The translations under genes and the position numbers were made by a program. This document shows positions 25,001 through 35,464 of a DNA stretch of 64,000 nt, piece after piece. Positions within the stretch are counted from its first letter, which is position 1; each line of letters begins with the position of its first letter. The stretch lies in the NCBI RefSeq assembly GCF_964204865.1, contig NC_135264.1, forward strand, positions 10,664,001 to 10,728,000. The letters run 5' to 3'. Below the pieces are notes generated by a model. It was not told where the DNA came from. It worked only from the letters and a program-made list of their open reading frames with translations, and searched no databases. Source of the stretch: Styela clava. Its lineage: Eukaryota.

Positions 25001-25480
25001 GAGAATTTTGACATGTCCCTTGCTATTTTGACATAATTTGTATGGGCTGGTTTTATGCCACTGAGGCAACACATAACAGGAAAATGGTCTGTTATGTCTG
25101 AGAGAACTACATGAGATTTGATTCTAAAATTTGAAATATTAGTATAAATGTGATCTATAAGTGTTGATGATGTACTGCTCACTCTAGTAGGCTTAGTGAT
25201 TAATGACTTGGCATTGTGAGAAATTAACATATCGGCATAATTTGCAATTTGGGCATTAGTTGACAATGTAAGTAAGTTAATGTTAAAATCTCCTAGTATC
25301 AAAAACTGTTTCTTTGCCAATTTAGCAAGAGATGCTTCAAATGCATTAGTAAAGCTTGGAATATTATTACGAGGATGCCTATATATAACACCAACAATTA
25401 TCTTATTGACTGCGTTGGCCAAACTTATTTCAAACCATATATTTTCACAGTTGGAGTGATTGAGATTGTAATCTGAAATT
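22025..25480 (-). mobile_element. 5'-truncated CR1/L2-group non-LTR retrotransposon
   Basis: Long ORF2 plus a ~800-nt 3' UTR with a terminal stem-loop (22129-22175) and an (AATCTG)n-like tail near 22025. Boundaries are approximate. Confidence 0.88.
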
Positions 25481-25551
25481 ACAATGTTACCACCAGTCAT
25501 GGTCGTGATAACAGTACTGAAACAGTACCGAAATTGTACTTTGTGCAACAA
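22846..25551 (-). CDS. LINE ORF2: partial APE endonuclease + reverse transcriptase (the TTG start is probably not biological)
   Basis: APE motifs IYRHP, LGDFNI, TLIDHI, TDHFP. RT motifs YRPISILS, QFGF, FLDLRKAFDTV, GVPQGSCLGPLLF, FADD, YKYLG. The N-terminal part of the APE domain is missing. Confidence 0.93.
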   Translation of the reverse strand: MLHKVQFRYCFSTVITTMTGGNIVISDYNLNHSNCENIWFEISLANAVNKIIVGVIYRHPRNNIPSFTNAFEASLAKLAKKQFLILGDFNINLLTLSTNAQIANYADMLISHNAKSLITKPTRVSSTSSTLIDHIYTNISNFRIKSHVVLSDITDHFPVMCCLSGIKPAHTNYVKIARDMSKFSIDCFRTDTQVIFHNYIARNNLSSQNFDGVFSEFVKSFVHLIDRHAPLRPLSRRQKRLRSKPWLTKGLLASIRHKNKMFESHFLKGNTSERSYFKKYRNVLIRAIDDSKQTYYQNLIAKNKGNPRSTWQTVNEITHVKNKSNQKVNEIDIENGSIIRDELLIATEFNKYFSTIGSSLSGKFSTEQDSFKQFLHNCINQSIFMNPATTNELIIEIHNLKDRKAVGPDNIPARFLKLVADLIAPCLAEFFNCSLLFGIFPACLKIARVIPLFKSGNKKCMSNYRPISILSSISKIFERLIHKRLNAFFTKHDVINKSQFGFQNNLSTSHAILDTISYIYDKLERKEFVSATFLDLRKAFDTVNHNILIYKLRHFGIRGTANKLISSYLSNRSQYVQVGSCRSSPLPVTHGVPQGSCLGPLLFLVYVNDITCCSSFFTKLFADDTNLLDSDKSCAVLQLRVNSEIAKVSNWMRSNKLTLNIGKSKTMLISPHQCKSKNETVIQIDDKELENVHSYKYLGIYLDSKMNWDVHLSKLSVKLSKSVGILYKLRRFTSPTTLRMVYYSLFQSHIQYGIIAWGSAVKTVLHRIEIMQNRAIRAISAASYFSRLSPIYYNLQIIKLADIYKIEVLKLMHQHHCKKLPPAFTNYFSKQSNVHSYGTRSSISSSYYVNRFSTKLTQNSIKFVGVKLWNNLPNSIRTSTYNLYKHALKSLYLDAYKPSCN

Positions 25552-25642
25552 GAAGCAGGAAAAAAGGTAAGGAATAAAATCATTTTATCATCTTCGCGAT
25601 GTAATTAACGTAGAAGAGTATATGCGAAGCGTAGTTGTACGT

Positions 25643-26821
25643 CAAGGCTGCCACACCCGCGGCCCGGCGAAGTGTTTTTTGCGGCCCGCCCTATAAAGTT
25701 TGTAAGCAGACTTTTTAAATTTTTACATACATTTTACTATACATAAGTATCTTTCGTGATTTTGGTGTAAATATTCCTGCCATCTATCGACGTTCAAATG
25801 CCGTTTTTTTTATTAGGTATGTGCCAAGTCTTGCCCCCTGGTGGACATCAACGTCATTTTTTTTTTCATTTCTCGCAAAATTGTGCACTCTGTTCGACGA
25901 ACTATAAAGATATTGTGCAATCATTGGGAACAAACGCTGAGCGCAAATATAGGAATAAACTTGGAGTCTAAGTTTGCAAATTAATTTCATTCTGATTGCT
26001 TTCTTTCGTGTCGGCTTTGATCGTCTTCATCGCCAACGTAAAATAAAAAGTCAACAATATCTTGGGTACTGGTCCCCGGACTCGTATCTTTATGTTTGTA
26101 CTTAATGTTCATGTTATGTTCGCGTTAAATAAGATTTTTGAAATGTTGTCACTGCGTATTCGTCAATAATTCTGATGAAATTGACGTAATGGCTTCGCTA
26201 TTTATTAGTCACAAATCAGTATATATCGACTATTCGTTCAGAAATCTTCGTCATGTTACTCCATTAAATACTTGTATTGGTGTTTCGAATTTTACGAAAC
26301 GGCCCAATAAAACTTAATATTGCCGCGACATTGACGCACATTATGCTCATTTAAACATTAAATCAGTATCGTAGCTACTGAAAATGAATGAATAAAAACA
26401 CTATAACGCAAATATAACACACAACTTTGACATGATGTGTGTGTTTTTTGCGTGGTCGCCAAAAATCCGCAATTGTGTTGTGTGATGATTGATTCTTTGA
26501 TTCGGTCGCCCGAGAGTTTTATGTCCACGCCCCGTTTACCAGATATTCGAATAGTAAACCGCTATTCTAATATTCGAATAATTTGCTCTAGCCATTCCAG
26601 CTCTACCCATTAACCAGTAAGCAATTGTTAATTTGATTGATTTGATGTTAATAAACTCGCCTTTTATGTATTATGTAATTACCTACACCAAAATCAGGAC
26701 TTATCTGGTATTAATGTTTGGTACAAACGTTTGCGGCCCGCGACCGATTTCGTCACGTGAAAGTGGCCCGCGAGACGAAAAAGGTTGGGCAGGCCGGTAT
26801 GTTAGTCGTTGGGCAGGCTTG
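25643..26821. mobile_element. hAT (Charlie-like) non-autonomous element
   Basis: Perfect 8-bp TSD TTGTACGT (25635-42 and 26822-29). TIRs CAAGGCTGCCACAC and GTTGGGCAGGCTTG. Subterminal GCGGCCCG motifs at both ends. Confidence 0.88.
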
Positions 26822-27007
26822 TTGTACGTAGTGGTATTTATTTACGATTTTACCATTGTACGAAATCATGTCTATATCGGAGTTAACGGAAGAGATTTTG
26901 TGACATAAAAGTATCATATCGCATTGTACAACTGTGTCATATGCGAAAAACGTCTTCTACAAGTGTTCGTCTCTACAATCAGCATAAAGACGAAATTGCT
27001 CTGGATT

Positions 27008-27858
27008 AGATAGGATAGGATTTACATAGGAGAGGAAAGCCGATAAGACGGCTTATCCATATGGCGAACCACGGCCTCTCGTCCGGTTACCATTCCAAGT
27101 CGGGTATGGGATTAGATATATTGTATGTTTTTCGAAAGCATGGACCAGGTGGTGGAGGAAGCCGTAACCGACCAGCGGTTACGTGAACCACCCAACGACG
27201 GCGAGGAGTCCAGCAATCCTCTCGCACATAACCATCATGGGATTCGAACCTGCGAACCCACGCAGAGTAATTGGAATGTTGTAATGTTGGAAGCATTGGA
27301 ACGGATACAATGATTTTATATTGAACTATTCGAAAACGACAAGAGAACCCGATACACCAATCCATGATTTGTGCATAGACTGCTGTGGAACATTCAATCT
27401 ATTTACCGAGCTTGTTTTTTTTTTTAGTACAATTTTTTGTCACTGTGTCATTTTTTTTGCAATGAAATTGAACTAGGCCTACAGCATCACCATTTTACGT
27501 CAGCGAGTGTTTTTAATTCCATAGTTTTGTAGGAAGAGCACTGTTGTGTTACACATACACGTTTCACATTTCAAATTTAATCTAAGAGTATTGCCCGATT
27601 TTATATCGTGTTTTTGTTTTATTGTGTTTTGACTGTTTTTGGTGGACGGGCACGTACTTGTACGTTTTTAACTTTTTTAATAAGTTATGCTCGTCCTCCA
27701 GGTCCTCTGTATTTTGTTTGTCCGTTTGTTGTTGGTTTGTGTTTTGTTTCTATCAGAGTGACCAATTAAAATTGATTGATTGAAAAAAATTGATTGAATT
27801 AGAGGTGCGGTGGCGAGCGTATTCCTAACGCTTAGCCCGTTGAGCCACACCGCCGCGC
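27008..27858 (-). mobile_element. tRNA-derived SINE interrupted by a ~520-bp insertion
   Basis: The head (A box) is at 27797-27858. The B box GGTTCGAATCCC, body and (CCTAT)n tail are at 27008-27272. Colinear with the uninterrupted copy at 52589-52915. Confidence 0.85.
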
Positions 27859-28534
27859 CAAGTTTGTTGACTCTTTTGATAGCACCGGTTACTTCATTAT
27901 CTATTGGACATTTTCCCGAATAATTATTTTCGTAATAATGGACAATCAATGAATTTTAGAAGCCGCTCGGACACTTTTTTCATTCAGTCAAAGTTTTGGG
28001 AAAACAGGCGTAAAAAATTTAGAATGGTAAGACGACTGACGAATGTTCTGGGGTCAAGGGTCAGGGAAACGAAATGCGAACTGTTGTAAATCGAGGTTTC
28101 TGTTATTGCGGTATTAGGAAACGATAGTAATTTTCAAAACATGGAATTATTTACCGAAGATGGGATACAGGGACGAAATTTTATTTCTAGTCAAAGTAAG
28201 CAGACCGTACTACGATATAAATTTATCTCGGAGATTGAATATGGAAATAACATAACCACATGTTTTTAAGTATTTATATACCGGTACACATATACTGATA
28301 CCGGTACCGGTACCGTATAGAGTTAACATTATTATTGTTGTGTTTAAACAACCGCCGAAGCGAATGTAAAACAAAGCCATAAGGTACCGTAACACTTGTG
28401 GTCGGAATAGTTTGTGGGGGGGTTCTTATATTTGTGTATTGCAACTAAACAAGTGTATTATAAATAGACTAGTAAACCAAGTTTTGAGGTTGTACTATTA
28501 GTCTATTCTTTTTATTTAGCTTATTTAACTGGCT

Positions 28535-29313
28535 AACTAATCCCATACCTGACCTTGACTGGTACCGGTAACCGCGTGGTTTGCCATATGATTTATTGAA
28601 TCTGCTCCAGATTTTACATGTGCATTCATCATATGTCGTACCAGAAGCCTATTGATTTTGGATGAATTATGTCGTATAATTAGCGAGTTTTTAATTAATC
28701 AGTGATGGGACACAAGGTGTCACTATGGAGTAAGAGCGCTGTTTCGGGGGATCCCCTAACTTTTGATCGTGAGTCTTCAGTATTCGACCGATATTCTCGT
28801 TTAGATGTTGAGGGAAAACTTTTTCTTGCGAAAAAAAACGGCTTTCTTTGTAACTAATGGACCAATCAATTTCAAAATTTTAGTACGTATAGATTCTGAA
28901 ATTTGTTTCGAATCTGTTTAGTGATCTAACTAAAAGAATTTAATCGAAACTTAATTTTAAATTGGTCAGAGTCGGAATGACCGAGTCAGTTTGAAATAAC
29001 ATTTGAACATCTTGTCAAAGATTATATAATTTCCACCGACATCACTTTGAACAAAGATTACTTTGATACTACTGTCCTTAATTAAAAGGACTGCAGCTTC
29101 TAAACACTAAATAAAAAAGCATTCCTACCCTCCATATCATTATTTGAGTTGTATCCACCATATCCGCCTCCTGCATTTCCGTATCCGTCTCCTCCAAAAT
29201 TGTTCCCCCCACCTCCGTAATTATTCGGGCCTGGTTTGCCGTGGTTTGCCATATGATTAAGCCGTCTTATCGCAGTATCGGCTTTTTTTCCCCTCGGGAT
29301 AATCCTATCCTAT
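28535..29313 (+). mobile_element. 3' fragment of the same SINE family, split by a 646-bp insert
   Basis: 28535-28593 and 29240-29313 match the SINE 3' part and its CCTATCCTAT tail. A 19-bp direct repeat CGTGGTTTGCCATATGATT lies at both junctions. Confidence 0.7.
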
Positions 29314-29542
29314 TTCAGATGTTGCTACAGTGGTAATTGATCCACTCCAGCTATATACGGTACCGGTACTTCATATGCAGACATGTCCCATTTTTGATCT
29401 TTTAATTCAAGTAATTGCCAACAATCTCTTAATATTTCTGTCTTCAGATCAAATAGTAAAGTAACTTAATTAGAATTATACAATTATGGCATTATATCTT
29501 TTCAGAACATTTCATTCTGTATAATTGAGCAAACATATTGTA

Positions 29543-31987
29543 ATGGCATCATTTGTTAGTTCTCGAGATCTTGATGCGAAACGAGCAGAAAAAAGAAAAG
29601 CAAGACACACATTGCTTGAAGAGGAAAAAAGTAAATTTTTAGCAAAGGAAAGAGCTTTAGAGAGGCACAAAGAAAGTGGAAATGACAAATGGATGCTGCC
29701 TGGAATCCAGGAAAGATTGGATAAAGATGCTTCAAAATTAGGATCTCATGAAAAAAAGCACAAAAAACATAAAAAGAAGAAAAAAAAGAAAAAGGTTTCA
29801 AGCGAAAGCGAAGATTCAGAAGATTGTTGGGAAGAAAATTCTGCCTCGGCAGTTATACCTTCATCAAAACCAACTGAAAATTTATTGAATTTCGATGAAA
29901 TTTTAAGTGGAGATCAGATGTATACTTCGAAATCAATGAAAGAGAAACGAAAACAGGAAAAAGAAGAAGAATCTTTGAAAAATAAAGAAGAGGAATTGAT
30001 AGGTCAGCATCCTAAAGAATTAAATCCATACTGGAAAGAGGGTGGAGAGGGCTTACCACCAGAAAAAACGGGAAAGTTGTCTAAGAATACGTCCAATAAA
30101 ATATCAAAAGATTGGTTACTAAAATCATTGAAACGTATGAATGAACAAGCAGAAGAACAGGGACGAACTGTGCAGTCAATAGCCGCAGAGCGATATGGCT
30201 CATGGGCTGAGTTTCAAAATCTTTTAAGAGAGGCTGAACCACAGAATAAGAGAGAAAAAGATCGTCAGAAAGGTTCGCATAACAAATCAGAAAAAGGTGC
30301 ATTCATGAAACCACATGATGGCGATAATGGGTATGATCACCGACGATCAAGAGATCGCCATCATAGACATGACAAAGAAAGGTATCACTGTCGTGAACGT
30401 GATTACAGACCAAAAGAGAAAGGAGATAAAAACCAACGACCATCGTGGAAAAAACCTAAACCAGACTCCGAAAGGAATTTTTCTGAAGATCATCAGCCAT
30501 CATGGAAAAAGAAAAAAACTGATTCAAAGCATTTGTCTGAAAAAGAATCTTCGCCATTGTTGAAGTCGGAGTCTGAAGATATTATTTTAAAAGATAATAA
30601 TAAGCATGAACACGTCAAAACTAAATTATCATCCCCACTGTCTAGAAACGTAGACACTGTGAAATCTTCAGATCGTGAACAACATATTGTAAAGGAAAAG
30701 CCCCCAGTTGCAAAAGTTGTAATTTTATCTGAAAAGGAGAAAAATGCACTTGCTGCAAAAATACTAAAAGCGGAACTGATGGGAAATGACAACTTAGCTA
30801 ATAAGCTGAAATTAAAACTGGAAAAGGCGAGGCAAGCTGAAAGCGATACTAAAAAATCCTCCGATACCTCAAAGAAATTGCCTGCTGCTAATTCTGGAAG
30901 TTCGTCTGATAGCAGTGATGATGAAACTGTGGTTTTAACAAGGACTGGTAAAGATGGGCAATCATGGCCAGTTCAGCATTCAGACATGGCGTATAATTCT
31001 GTTTCAAATAAAAAGAGAAAGAAGAAAAAGGTTCCTACTCACAGAGATGGGGAAAGGGAGCGCTACTTTGCCGATGATGATCGCCATAGTTTGAAGGATC
31101 TTGTACGTCGTGAAAAAATGGAAGAAGCGGAAGACCAAGATGCCATGTTTTCACGGCTCGCTTCGAAACAATTCAGGGGTACTGATTCTGATGACTTTAC
31201 TCTTGATGACATGTACGTGTCACAGGCCTCGCAGCAAACTACGCGTACGGAGGAGGAAGCCAAACAAAGACAAAAAGCCATTTCTGATCATAAAAAACTG
31301 TCAAAGCGTCTTGAAAAATGTCGATTATGCTTTGGTAATCCAGAATTACCAAAACACTTGCTTATTGCAATAGGTAAAAATTCGTACCTATGTCTCCCAG
31401 AACACAAACCTCTATCCCAGGGACATTGTTTTATTGTACCAATGCACCATTGTACCACTGGTACAGGGTTAGACGAAGATGTTTGGGAGGAAATCAAACA
31501 TTTCATGCGAACATTACAAACTGTACTCAAGGCACAAGAATTAGACTGTGTTTTTATGCAAACTTGCATGGGACTAAAAAAATCCAGGCATTTTTATATT
31601 GATTGCATTCCAATGCCAATTGAGGAGGGTGAAATGGCACCCATATATTTTAAAAAAGCAATACAAGAATCCGAAAGTGAATGGTCACATAATAAAAAAC
31701 TTATCGATACTCGAGGCAAGGATGCCAGAAAATGTATTCCTAAAGGACTTCCATACTTTAGCGTCGATTTTGGTTTGGATGGGGGTTTTGCTCATGTAGT
31801 GGAAGACGAGGCCTTGTTTCCACATTTTTTTGGCCGAGAGGTAGTAGGTGGAATGCTTGATGTTGAGCCAAGATTATGGCGTCATCCCCCAAAAGATCAT
31901 TTTACTGAGCAGACAAAACGCTCTATACAGTTTTCTGAGTGGTGGAAACCTTACGACTGGACAGCTAATGTATCCAGCACCTCTTGA
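29543..31987 (+). CDS. CWF19L2: CWF19-like protein 2 (spliceosome disassembly factor), single coding exon
   Basis: Charged N-terminal region with HPKELNPYWKEGGEGLP and AERYGS. CwfJ C-terminal domains with CRLC, GHCFIVPMHH, APIYFKKAIQESESEWSHNKKL and LPYFSVDFGLDGGFAHVVED..FP..FGREVVGGMLD. Confidence 0.95.
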   Translation: MASFVSSRDLDAKRAEKRKARHTLLEEEKSKFLAKERALERHKESGNDKWMLPGIQERLDKDASKLGSHEKKHKKHKKKKKKKKVSSESEDSEDCWEENSASAVIPSSKPTENLLNFDEILSGDQMYTSKSMKEKRKQEKEEESLKNKEEELIGQHPKELNPYWKEGGEGLPPEKTGKLSKNTSNKISKDWLLKSLKRMNEQAEEQGRTVQSIAAERYGSWAEFQNLLREAEPQNKREKDRQKGSHNKSEKGAFMKPHDGDNGYDHRRSRDRHHRHDKERYHCRERDYRPKEKGDKNQRPSWKKPKPDSERNFSEDHQPSWKKKKTDSKHLSEKESSPLLKSESEDIILKDNNKHEHVKTKLSSPLSRNVDTVKSSDREQHIVKEKPPVAKVVILSEKEKNALAAKILKAELMGNDNLANKLKLKLEKARQAESDTKKSSDTSKKLPAANSGSSSDSSDDETVVLTRTGKDGQSWPVQHSDMAYNSVSNKKRKKKKVPTHRDGERERYFADDDRHSLKDLVRREKMEEAEDQDAMFSRLASKQFRGTDSDDFTLDDMYVSQASQQTTRTEEEAKQRQKAISDHKKLSKRLEKCRLCFGNPELPKHLLIAIGKNSYLCLPEHKPLSQGHCFIVPMHHCTTGTGLDEDVWEEIKHFMRTLQTVLKAQELDCVFMQTCMGLKKSRHFYIDCIPMPIEEGEMAPIYFKKAIQESESEWSHNKKLIDTRGKDARKCIPKGLPYFSVDFGLDGGFAHVVEDEALFPHFFGREVVGGMLDVEPRLWRHPPKDHFTEQTKRSIQFSEWWKPYDWTANVSSTS

Positions 31988-33354
31988 ATTTAAATCTTTA
32001 CACTTTTTTCAACAACTTTTCAAAATTTTTTACTAATAAATATTTTTAACAAAAAGGAGTATCGTTTTTTTATCCTGTCTACCTGACGACCAACATGCAA
32101 TGATGTCATTATGAATTTAACTGTGCGCGCGATGGTCTGCCTAATGGTTAAGATCAGGATGGCAGTATAGGTTAGAGTTAAATTCCATACCCACCACCTC
32201 ATCCTAAGTGTAATAAATTGGATTGGCAATGCCAAACTAGAAATAACTTCCGAACTATTTTAGCTCTTTACCAAGCAGTACCTTGTGTCAAGCCATGTTT
32301 GGAGAAAAAAAAATATAAAAAGATAAATTATATGTTTAATATCTTGTATTCTCTTGGCTTGGGGACTTATCTAGAATAGTTTTATTTATATCTGAGCAAT
32401 GCCTCAGGAAATTCATTTGATGTAAAAAAAAGTTATCCCCCAACTTAATTGCATCTTTGAAACATGGCCCAATTTCTCTCTTCGGAAATAGTGTGTCAAT
32501 CATATTCGTAATAGTGGATTTTTCACTTTTGGAGATATGCCATGCATCTGCCTGCATGTCATGTCCTGGCATCATAGTATAAATCTGAACCAGGCCCTAA
32601 TAGCCTATAGTGTCATTGCACTAATTTATATTATAACACCAAGCACTTGTTCTTCCGTTTAATATTGCATAGAAAGACTTCAGTCTGACATAATGATATA
32701 CAGTAGAAAAGAAACATGATAAATGACACCAGCAGCATATGGCTGTGAAAGACTTCAGCGAACTCGAGATGCCATTGAATTACTTCCGTGTCTAAGGAAA
32801 CGGGCGTTAATATGTAAATTGGCATAAATTCATCGGTATAGTTCAGTAATAAAAGATGAAGTCAATTGTGCTTAGGAAAATACACTGGTTAAACAACTGA
32901 TAAATACGGTAAATGAAAATATTACAAAATCTGCGACAGGGTATTGCATTCAAATGATGCATCCTTATAGTAATCTCATAGCAACATATGGCAAAGTAAA
33001 ATAGGAATAAATGTGCAGGCAACTGCATAAGTAATGAACAAACCCGAGTGTTAAATGGCAATATCAGGCAAAAACGTTGCATATTCATGGTATACAAGTA
33101 TTAATATGATTTATGATTAGGGACTGAATCAAGAAAATAATAAGATGCTGACTGAAAAATTTTTAACGGTTTTTATGATCCGAACAACAAACCTCAAATT
33201 ACTTTTTCTTTTACACATGGTACAAGGAAGACAAAATCCACAAATTAAAAAGTGAATCTACATCCACGAACACTTTAAATTCAGTAAAATTTCTCACAGC
33301 TGGATAGGTTTTAGGTTCAGCCTAAAATGCTGCGTTTTCTCACACAATGTTTAC

Positions 33355-35464
33355 TTACAAAATAGCAACTACTTTATTTCCAATGTGGTTTTTCAGCCAC
33401 GTTCTTTGTTTCAGATAGAGTTCAAGATAATCATTCACTTTGTCTGGAGCATTACCAGAAATTTTATTCCACTTTTTCCAACTTTTCTTTCTACGTTCTT
33501 CATCAAAAGGTTTCAGTTCTTCCAATTGAGGATCATTTCCACTTTTCTTATTGGTACTCGCTACGTTGTGATATTTCTCCATTTTTTGTAGTAATTTCCG
33601 CTCGCTTGAAGGTAGGGATGAACGCATTCTTTCAAATTCACTCTCGTCTTCATTCGATCCCAAATGGATCTCGTTTCGATCATTCATTTCGTCATCGTCA
33701 GACTTTTCCTCTTCTACATTCTGCTCGCCTAAAATTTTTTGTAGATGTCGGGAGCTTAGATGTTCCGCCACTGCTTCAATCTTGTGTTGCGCAATAATTT
33801 TTCTTGGATTTGTTGTTAATTCCATTATAGAAGAAAAGCTGCTCACTAAGGAACCTTCGTGCTTAAATTCTTCATCAAATGTTTTTCTAACGGCCAACAG
33901 CTTCGTATAAGACAATTTAACAGCAAATGTGTATCTTGCATCATAATGCATCACAGATGGAGGTCTTGCAGAGTGAGGGAAATGACCATTGAAAATAACC
34001 GCGCGACCATACATTGGTACGACTTCTGCAACATATTCGTTGTCTGGTGCATTATCATTCGTTTCCATGAATGCTGTTTCACCGTAATCAGCAGCTGTCC
34101 AATTTGGACTTAGGTATAACAAAAATGTCATTTCTTTTTCCTTCGAATGGGATGTATCAAGATGAAATCGAGTGTGATCATGTGTTCTTATCAGATTACA
34201 TGCAACATCATAAGGATACCAGTCGGTGTCATTTTTTGTCACGAACTGTGACATTCTTTTTATGACTGGCCAAAATTGAGTATGGACAAAATCATCAACA
34301 TTAATACCTGCTATCCATTGCACATTGTCACTGTCAACATCAATTGATCCATCAAAGAAATACGTTCCATACTTTATGACCCATGAACGCAATAAACTCA
34401 GACTTGATTCATCGAACAAACCATCGAATACCGCAACAAAATGGCCATTTCTATTTTCTCGATATAGTGTCATATGCTTATTAAAATCTAAGCTTGAAGC
34501 TTTTGAAGTATGGCCAATCCAATTGTTCAAGTATGGAGGATTGTGAAGTTCCGTCAAAAATTTTTGAAAATATGTTAACTTTTGAATATTCTTTCTCTCA
34601 TCTGCACTGAAAGTAGAAACGATAATTCCTTGGGTTGCCAGCTGAGATATACTTGGTGGACGAAACACATATGTGATTGAGCTATCCCACACTACAATTC
34701 GACCAAATTTGTGTCGAATCGGTGCAAAAATTTCCCCATCTTCATCATAAAAAAACAACTCTCCATATGCATTTTTTCTCCAAACAACATTCATATAGAT
34801 AGCAATCGAATACGAGTTTTCTTCCGCTGTTGCTTCTTGATGCAATTTTGTTCGATCACCCCGTCTGATCAATCCTGCATAAATCTCATTCATTCTAAAA
34901 CTCAATTGTCGTCCATCATGGGTCTCGGCATCAATCGCTTGAATCAAATTTTTCAGTTGTAACCCTACATTTGTTTTTGCCAATACCGCAGGATCTTTCC
35001 ATGATTTCCAAGGAATACCATTCCCAGAATCGTAAAGTGTTGCGTTCCTTCCTGAATGAATATCTGGTAACACATATCTGCAAAATGTTGATTGATAATT
35101 GTATTGAGGATAAATCACTAGGCCTATTTCTAAAAATACTATGGTGTTTTTATCCATTATCCAGTAATCAACTCAAAGTATTTAAATTCACATTAAAATT
35201 AACTTAGAATATCAAAGCAAATACTTGCCTCCAATTGTCATTGGTAGACATGAAGATATTCAGAGCCATAATATATTCCTCTGGAATTACTCCATCAAAC
35301 ACAAAAATGTGGCGACCATCTTTTAACGAATACTGCTCAGTGAGATGATCAAAAATTGACCTCTTGCTAGAGATATCACCTCCAAGTATCAAATTTACTC
35401 CAAAAAACAGAAGAAAAGTCCCAATGAGAATCAGCCTCATTATTTCTGTGGAATACCCTGGCAT
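33355..35464 (-). CDS. Secreted or ER-targeted protein with two tandem 2OG-Fe(II) oxygenase-like domains, ~652 aa, 2 exons
   Basis: Exon 1 (35464-35229) carries a signal-peptide-like MRLILIGTFLLFFGVNLILGG. Exon 2 (35077-33355) is joined through an AG|GCAAGT...TTTGCAG intron. Domain 2 has HLD...YLSPNW..YGET...GRAVIF..HSARPP...R. Domain 1 is a degenerate homologue. Confidence 0.82.

Noticed and set aside
29556-31569. Short antisense and alternate-frame ORFs within CWF19L2 (likewise within the transposase, LINE and oxygenase)
   Set aside because: Shadow ORFs of real coding sequence with no independent support.
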